From a bacterium (GTDB lineage Bacteria > Zhuqueibacterota > Zhuqueibacteria > Residuimicrobiales > Krinioviventaceae): a DNA stretch of 64,000 nucleotides. Within the stretch, counting starts at the first letter, position 1. The number at the start of each line of letters is the position of its first letter. Below, in pieces: positions 59,334 to 64,000 of the stretch. The notes below the pieces were generated by a model. That model had not been told where the DNA came from. It saw only the letters and a program-made list of their open reading frames with translations, and did not search any database. The DNA lies in contig OY843751.1 in assembly GCA_963693055.1 (NCBI GenBank), positions 5,216,001 through 5,280,000 on the forward strand, written 5' to 3'. The translations under genes were made by a program, and so were the position numbers.

Positions 59334-61712
59334 TCACTCCTCTGTCCTTATCACAACCGATTTATCCTCTACTCCCTCGGCAGAGATGGTAACCGATATT
59401 CTTCCCGGAGACCTGTGAGACTGTACAATAGCCAAAGCCCTTCCCCAATAGCTGGTCCGTGTATTCGCTTTGTATGATTCATTACTGCGCAGATCTCCAT
59501 TATCAAATCCGATTAAACGTCCCGGGCCATTGATCTTGAGCGTAAGCAGCCTGTCCGCGTTGGGAACTAGACGCCCTTCCGCATCCACCAGTGAAATATT
59601 CAAATGTGCTACATCCTGTCCGTTTGCCTTTAACTCTTTACGGTCAATGCTGACAAGTATACGCTGTACCTCTCCCGCAGTTTCCAGCACATGCGAAGCA
59701 GCAATTTCGCCCTTGTTACGTGCAATGGCCTGCAGGGTACCGCTGGTATAAGGCACATACCAAACCACCGTCGAGTTTGCATAATCCGATGTCTTTTTCT
59801 CACCATACGAAAATCCGTTCAAAAGCAGTTCAACCGTTTCACAATTGGTGGGGGTTTCAACACGCAGCACCTGTCCGGTTAGCTCCGGAAAGGTCCAGTG
59901 CTCTGCCAGTTTGGGCCAACTCCAGTGTGCCTTGCCGTGATCCATATCCAATCCGTCATATTGGACGGTTATACGCACCAGCGGTTCTTCGGGCTTCCAT
60001 TGGCTTTTAAAGAACCATGCGTTGGGCTTTATATAACCGCAGGTATTGATTATACCTGTTGGCCAGCCTTTGCTGGGCCATCCGCTGCTTTCTCCCAAAT
60101 AATCGATGCCCGCCCACATGAAATATCCAAATACAAATTCATTTTCCACAGCATCGTACCAGGGATTATCAGGCACAAACGCCTTGTACTGGAATTCCCT
60201 GCCACGATAAAAAGGATAACATTCCGCACCAAACATGATCCGATTGGGATACTCGGCTTTATGCTTTTTGTACCAGGGCTCCATATAATTGTAGCCCACC
60301 ACATCCATAGCCTCAGCAAATCCACTGGGATTCATATCCTCGGCACGGCTGGGCTGTACAACGCAGGTCACCAAGCGGGAAGGTTCATATTTGTGCACAA
60401 AGTCCACCAGCATTTTCAACCTCTTGACACCTTCCGGCTTGGAGGCCTCGCTCACTTCATTGCCCACACTCCAAAGCACGATGGACGGATGGTTCCGGTC
60501 GCGTTTCAACATGGATTCCACATCCGCCTGCCACCAATCATCAAAATATGCTTCATAATACATGGACTTCCACTTGTCGAATGCTTCATCAATTACGATA
60601 AATCCCATTCGGTCGCACATGTCCAAAATCTCTGGTGCAGGAGGATTATGACTCATGCGGATAGCGTTGCAGCCCAGGGATTTGACCTTTTCGAGACGAC
60701 GTTCCCACACCCGGTCCGGTACAGCGGTACCTACGCATCCGGCATCCTGATGCAGGTTCATCCCCTTTAACAATATATTCTCACCATTAATAAAGAAACC
60801 CTTTTGCGCGTCAAAACGGATATCTCGCACACCAAAAGTTGTAATATACGTATCTACTAGATCCTCATCCTTGTACACGTTGCTCTCTGCGGTATACAAC
60901 TCGGGTGAATCTGTAGACCATAAACGGGGATTTTGAATTGTTAGCTGCTGATCAAATGTGTGCGAACCACCGGAAACCAGATTAACAACATGAGAGACCT
61001 TTGCGGATACTTTGCCCTGACTATCTTTAATTATTGTCTCTAAACGGCAATCACGTGCGGTAATATTCTTGTTAATCACAGTAGTATGGATATCCACTTG
61101 TGCGGATTCGTTAGAAATTTTATCCGTTGTAATATAGGTTCCCCAGGGTTCTACATGCATGGGTGAAGTGATGATCAATTTCACATGCCGGTAAATGCCT
61201 GAGCCGGAATACCATCTGGATGAAGGTGCGTTCGAATGATCTACACGAACAGCTATTACATTTTTACCCTTTTTGAGATGCGGTGTAAGATCGTACAAAA
61301 AGCTGACATATCCATAAGGGCGGAAACCTAATCGTTTTCCATTTATATAAACATCACTTTGATGATACACACCATCAAACTGGATGTAAACCTGCTTGTC
61401 CTGAATATACTTTAACTCGAAATATTTGCGATACCAGCCAATACCACCGGGCAGCCAGGCGTTTCGCTGCCCGTTTTGTAAATTCTCATCAAATTCCTGT
61501 TCAATACTCCAATCATGGGGTAAATTGAGTTGGCGCCATTCTGTATCTTTGAATTTTTCTTTAGACGCACCGGAAATATCACCCAGGTTAAACTTCCAGT
61601 CAAAATCAAAATTAATGACCTGTCTCCTTGCAGGCAAAGCAAAAAGCTCTATAGTATTTAATAAAAGAAAAAAAAGAATAATCAAATGTGGGAATATTTT
61701 TCTCAAAGCCAT
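59334..61712 (-). CDS. Exported glycoside hydrolase family 2 (beta-galactosidase-like)
   Basis: LPHDWSIE, SRWYSGSGIYR, NAIRMSHNP, RDRNHPS..WSVGNE, WAGIDYLGE. Confidence 0.93.
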   Translation of the reverse strand: MALRKIFPHLIILFFLLLNTIELFALPARRQVINFDFDWKFNLGDISGASKEKFKDTEWRQLNLPHDWSIEQEFDENLQNGQRNAWLPGGIGWYRKYFELKYIQDKQVYIQFDGVYHQSDVYINGKRLGFRPYGYVSFLYDLTPHLKKGKNVIAVRVDHSNAPSSRWYSGSGIYRHVKLIITSPMHVEPWGTYITTDKISNESAQVDIHTTVINKNITARDCRLETIIKDSQGKVSAKVSHVVNLVSGGSHTFDQQLTIQNPRLWSTDSPELYTAESNVYKDEDLVDTYITTFGVRDIRFDAQKGFFINGENILLKGMNLHQDAGCVGTAVPDRVWERRLEKVKSLGCNAIRMSHNPPAPEILDMCDRMGFIVIDEAFDKWKSMYYEAYFDDWWQADVESMLKRDRNHPSIVLWSVGNEVSEASKPEGVKRLKMLVDFVHKYEPSRLVTCVVQPSRAEDMNPSGFAEAMDVVGYNYMEPWYKKHKAEYPNRIMFGAECYPFYRGREFQYKAFVPDNPWYDAVENEFVFGYFMWAGIDYLGESSGWPSKGWPTGIINTCGYIKPNAWFFKSQWKPEEPLVRITVQYDGLDMDHGKAHWSWPKLAEHWTFPELTGQVLRVETPTNCETVELLLNGFSYGEKKTSDYANSTVVWYVPYTSGTLQAIARNKGEIAASHVLETAGEVQRILVSIDRKELKANGQDVAHLNISLVDAEGRLVPNADRLLTLKINGPGRLIGFDNGDLRSNESYKANTRTSYWGRALAIVQSHRSPGRISVTISAEGVEDKSVVIRTEE

Positions 61713-61726
61713 GATTCACTCCCATA

Positions 61727-61746
61727 ATAATATTGTACAATATTAT
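61727..61746. promoter_or_regulatory. Perfect 20-bp palindrome, probable operator of the GH2 gene
   Basis: ATAATATTGT|ACAATATTAT immediately upstream of the GGGAG RBS. Confidence 0.55.
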
Positions 61747-61782
61747 GATATATACAACGATCCAGCATGAATGCATAGGTTT

Positions 61783-61815
61783 AAAACAAAAATGTCCCGA
61801 AATTTCGGGACATTT
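61783..61815 (-). terminator. Rho-independent terminator after the sugar-binding protein gene
   Basis: Perfect palindrome AAATGTCCCGAAA|TTTCGGGACATTT (61790-61815) followed by a T-rich tract on the minus strand. Confidence 0.8.
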
Positions 61816-61820
61816 AAAAT

Positions 61821-62768
61821 TTATTTTACAGGATTAATCAGCTTTTGTATCTCAGGCGAATGCAGATTCTCCCGTGTTACCACATACACACCGGTGTCGA
61901 TGCGTTTTTCAACCTCTTTGCCGTTTATAAGATCCAATGCAGTTTTAACACCCATATAACCCATTTTATAAGGATCCTGAACGATCAAAGCATCTACTAC
62001 ACCTTCTTCCAGTACCTGCACTTCATTCGGTGCAGCATCAAAACCAACGATCTTGATCTTTCCGGCCAATCCGCGGCTTTTCAATGCCTGAGCAGAGCCA
62101 ATTGTAGCAGATTCATTTGCTGCAAAAATACCGGCCAAATTTTGATGTGCGGTTACAATATCTTCGGTAATTGCCATGGCGCGGTCAACTTCGGCATGAG
62201 AGTACTGTTTGGCAACCAGTTTCATTTCCGGATGTTTTGCCAGTCCTTGATCAAATCCTTTTTCACGCATAATCGTTGTAGATGAACCGGGAATAATGGG
62301 TAGAATCGCAACTTCACCCTTGCCGCCAATCAGCTCAAACAACACATCTGCTGCTTTTTCAGATGCGGCTACATTGTCTGTTGCAATAAAAGACTTTCTC
62401 ACATCAGAATTGAGATCAGAATCAATAGTAACCACTGGAATACCCGCGGCATCGGCACGTTCAACAACAGGCACCAAAGCGGTAGCATCACAAGCAGCCA
62501 GAACAATGGCATCTACACGTTTGTTGATATTATCTTCAACAATGCTGATTTGCTCTGCTATGTTAATCTCCAGTGACGGGCCTTTCCATACAATATCTAC
62601 ATCAAAATCTTTGCCCGCCTGCATTGCACCTTCACGCACAGACGTCCAGAAAGACAACACCAATCCCTTTGGAGACACCAAAATCTTGGGTTTATTAGAC
62701 TGTTCTCTGGGAGCGCAAAAGGTTAAAAATAAAAGGGGCAATAAAATTGCAATAAGCGTTTTTTTCAT
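61821..62768 (-). CDS. Sugar ABC transporter substrate-binding lipoprotein (RbsB-like)
   Basis: LTFC lipobox-like site; GIPVVTIDS, FIATDN, IVGFD, IVQDPYKMGY. Confidence 0.92.
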   Translation of the reverse strand: MKKTLIAILLPLLFLTFCAPREQSNKPKILVSPKGLVLSFWTSVREGAMQAGKDFDVDIVWKGPSLEINIAEQISIVEDNINKRVDAIVLAACDATALVPVVERADAAGIPVVTIDSDLNSDVRKSFIATDNVAASEKAADVLFELIGGKGEVAILPIIPGSSTTIMREKGFDQGLAKHPEMKLVAKQYSHAEVDRAMAITEDIVTAHQNLAGIFAANESATIGSAQALKSRGLAGKIKIVGFDAAPNEVQVLEEGVVDALIVQDPYKMGYMGVKTALDLINGKEVEKRIDTGVYVVTRENLHSPEIQKLINPVK

Positions 62769-62810
62769 ATTAGATCCTCTAGATCATACATTCTATAAAA
62801 TATAGACAAC

Positions 62811-63776
62811 TTAGGCAAGCTGTCTGTGTTTACGAATTTGATCATTAAACACGGCAATAATAATAATGGTACCAATAGCAATCTGCTGCCAAAAAGCAGA
62901 AATGTCCAACAGGTTACAACCATTTCTCAACGTACCAATAATCAGGGCGCCTATAATAGCCCCCATAATGGTACCTTCTCCACCGCTCAGACTGGCACCG
63001 CCAATCACACAAGCAGCAATCACATCCAACTCGTATCCGGTTGCGGCAGTTGGCTGTCCCGTATTCAATCGGGATGCCATTACAATTCCCGCAATACCGC
63101 AAAGCACACCATTTATAACATACAAGGCAAACAATTTAAATCCCACACCTACTCCGGACAAGCGTGCAGCTTCGGCATTGGCACCAATAGCAAATATATG
63201 TCGTCCAAAAACGGTACGGGTAAGAATAACATGAAAAATTACAGCAAGAATTACAACAAAGATAACCGGTACGGGAATGACGTCCAAAACACGTCCGCTT
63301 CCAAATACACCAAAAGCTTCAGGAATACCGAAAACGGCAACACCACCAGTAATCAACAATGCCGCGCCACGCGCAATACCCATCATGCCCAGCGTTGCTA
63401 TAAACGGTGGAATATGGCCCCAAGCAATCAAGGCACCTGAAATTGCACCGCAAGCGCCACCAATCAACAATCCCAATATGACAGCCAGCCAGATAGGCAT
63501 ACCGGCAGCCAGTAACATGGTGGCACCTACACCAGCGAGGGCAAGTATAGAGCCGACAGAAAGATCAATTCCCGCAGAAATGATCACCAACATCTGACCA
63601 ATAGCCATGATGGCTATAACAGCCATTTGCAGACCTATAGCAAATAAATTGTCAACTGTTAAAAAATACGGAGAGGCAATACTGAGTATTCCCGCCATTA
63701 CAATCAGGCTCATAAAGGGTGCAAACCTGCGCAGTAAATAAAAAATTGGAGTCGCTCTACTCAAAACCAGATCCAT
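62811..63776 (-). CDS. Sugar ABC transporter permease (RbsC-like)
   Basis: GIDLSVGS, PPFIATLG, GANAEAARLSG, YELDVIAACVIGGASLSGG. Confidence 0.93.
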   Translation of the reverse strand: MDLVLSRATPIFYLLRRFAPFMSLIVMAGILSIASPYFLTVDNLFAIGLQMAVIAIMAIGQMLVIISAGIDLSVGSILALAGVGATMLLAAGMPIWLAVILGLLIGGACGAISGALIAWGHIPPFIATLGMMGIARGAALLITGGVAVFGIPEAFGVFGSGRVLDVIPVPVIFVVILAVIFHVILTRTVFGRHIFAIGANAEAARLSGVGVGFKLFALYVINGVLCGIAGIVMASRLNTGQPTAATGYELDVIAACVIGGASLSGGEGTIMGAIIGALIIGTLRNGCNLLDISAFWQQIAIGTIIIIAVFNDQIRKHRQLA

Positions 63777-64000
63777 TCTCTTTTCTTTATCAAATTCAAT
63801 AAAGATAAGAGTTTTGCCATTATTAGTCAAATCTTTTTTACAGTGTTCAAAACAAAGAAATAAAATACACTAACAGAAGCATTACAAAAAACAACAATTC
63901 TATTGATTTAGTTAAATTATTTTTGTATAATTGTTTCAATTATTCGTTATACGAATATAAATTCCATTGAACAATTGAAACCTGGTACGTACAAAATACT

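Noticed and set aside
59898-60770. 290-aa plus-strand ORF
   Set aside because: Entirely antisense to the well-supported GH2 gene; no recognisable motifs.

Overview
64 kb of gene-dense, roughly 40% GC chromosome from a diderm bacterium. TonB-dependent receptors with N-terminal carboxypeptidase-like domains, a GWxTD protein, a PorV-like barrel and a FlgD-Ig sorting domain suggest the FCB superphylum, e.g. KSB1 or Calditrichota-like (inference). Housekeeping genes (phoH-family, miaB, mtaB, fucI, ddl, rlmB, zwf-opcA-pgl-cysE, yitJ-like, ABC transporters, GH2) are interspersed with three cell-surface loci. (1) An SH3/Ig protein, a cohesin-like lipoprotein and a giant adhesin-like gene of >2300 aa. 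The giant gene is missing from the ORF track because it runs off the left edge; its ~332-aa tandem modules contain interdigitated, split PKD and carboxypeptidase-like domains. (2) A Tat lipoprotein followed by a 2188-aa stalked metallophosphoesterase with a T9SS-like C-terminal sorting domain, a PorV-like barrel and a second FadL-like barrel. (3) A HExxH-peptidase/beta-propeller/Omp85 fusion and a GWxTD protein that share an ECF-type promoter motif. A cluster of REP-like hairpins, candidate sigma-54 promoters and operator palindromes were also found. No rRNA, tRNA, CRISPR array or transposase was recognised. All family calls come from motif recognition by eye, not database searches.
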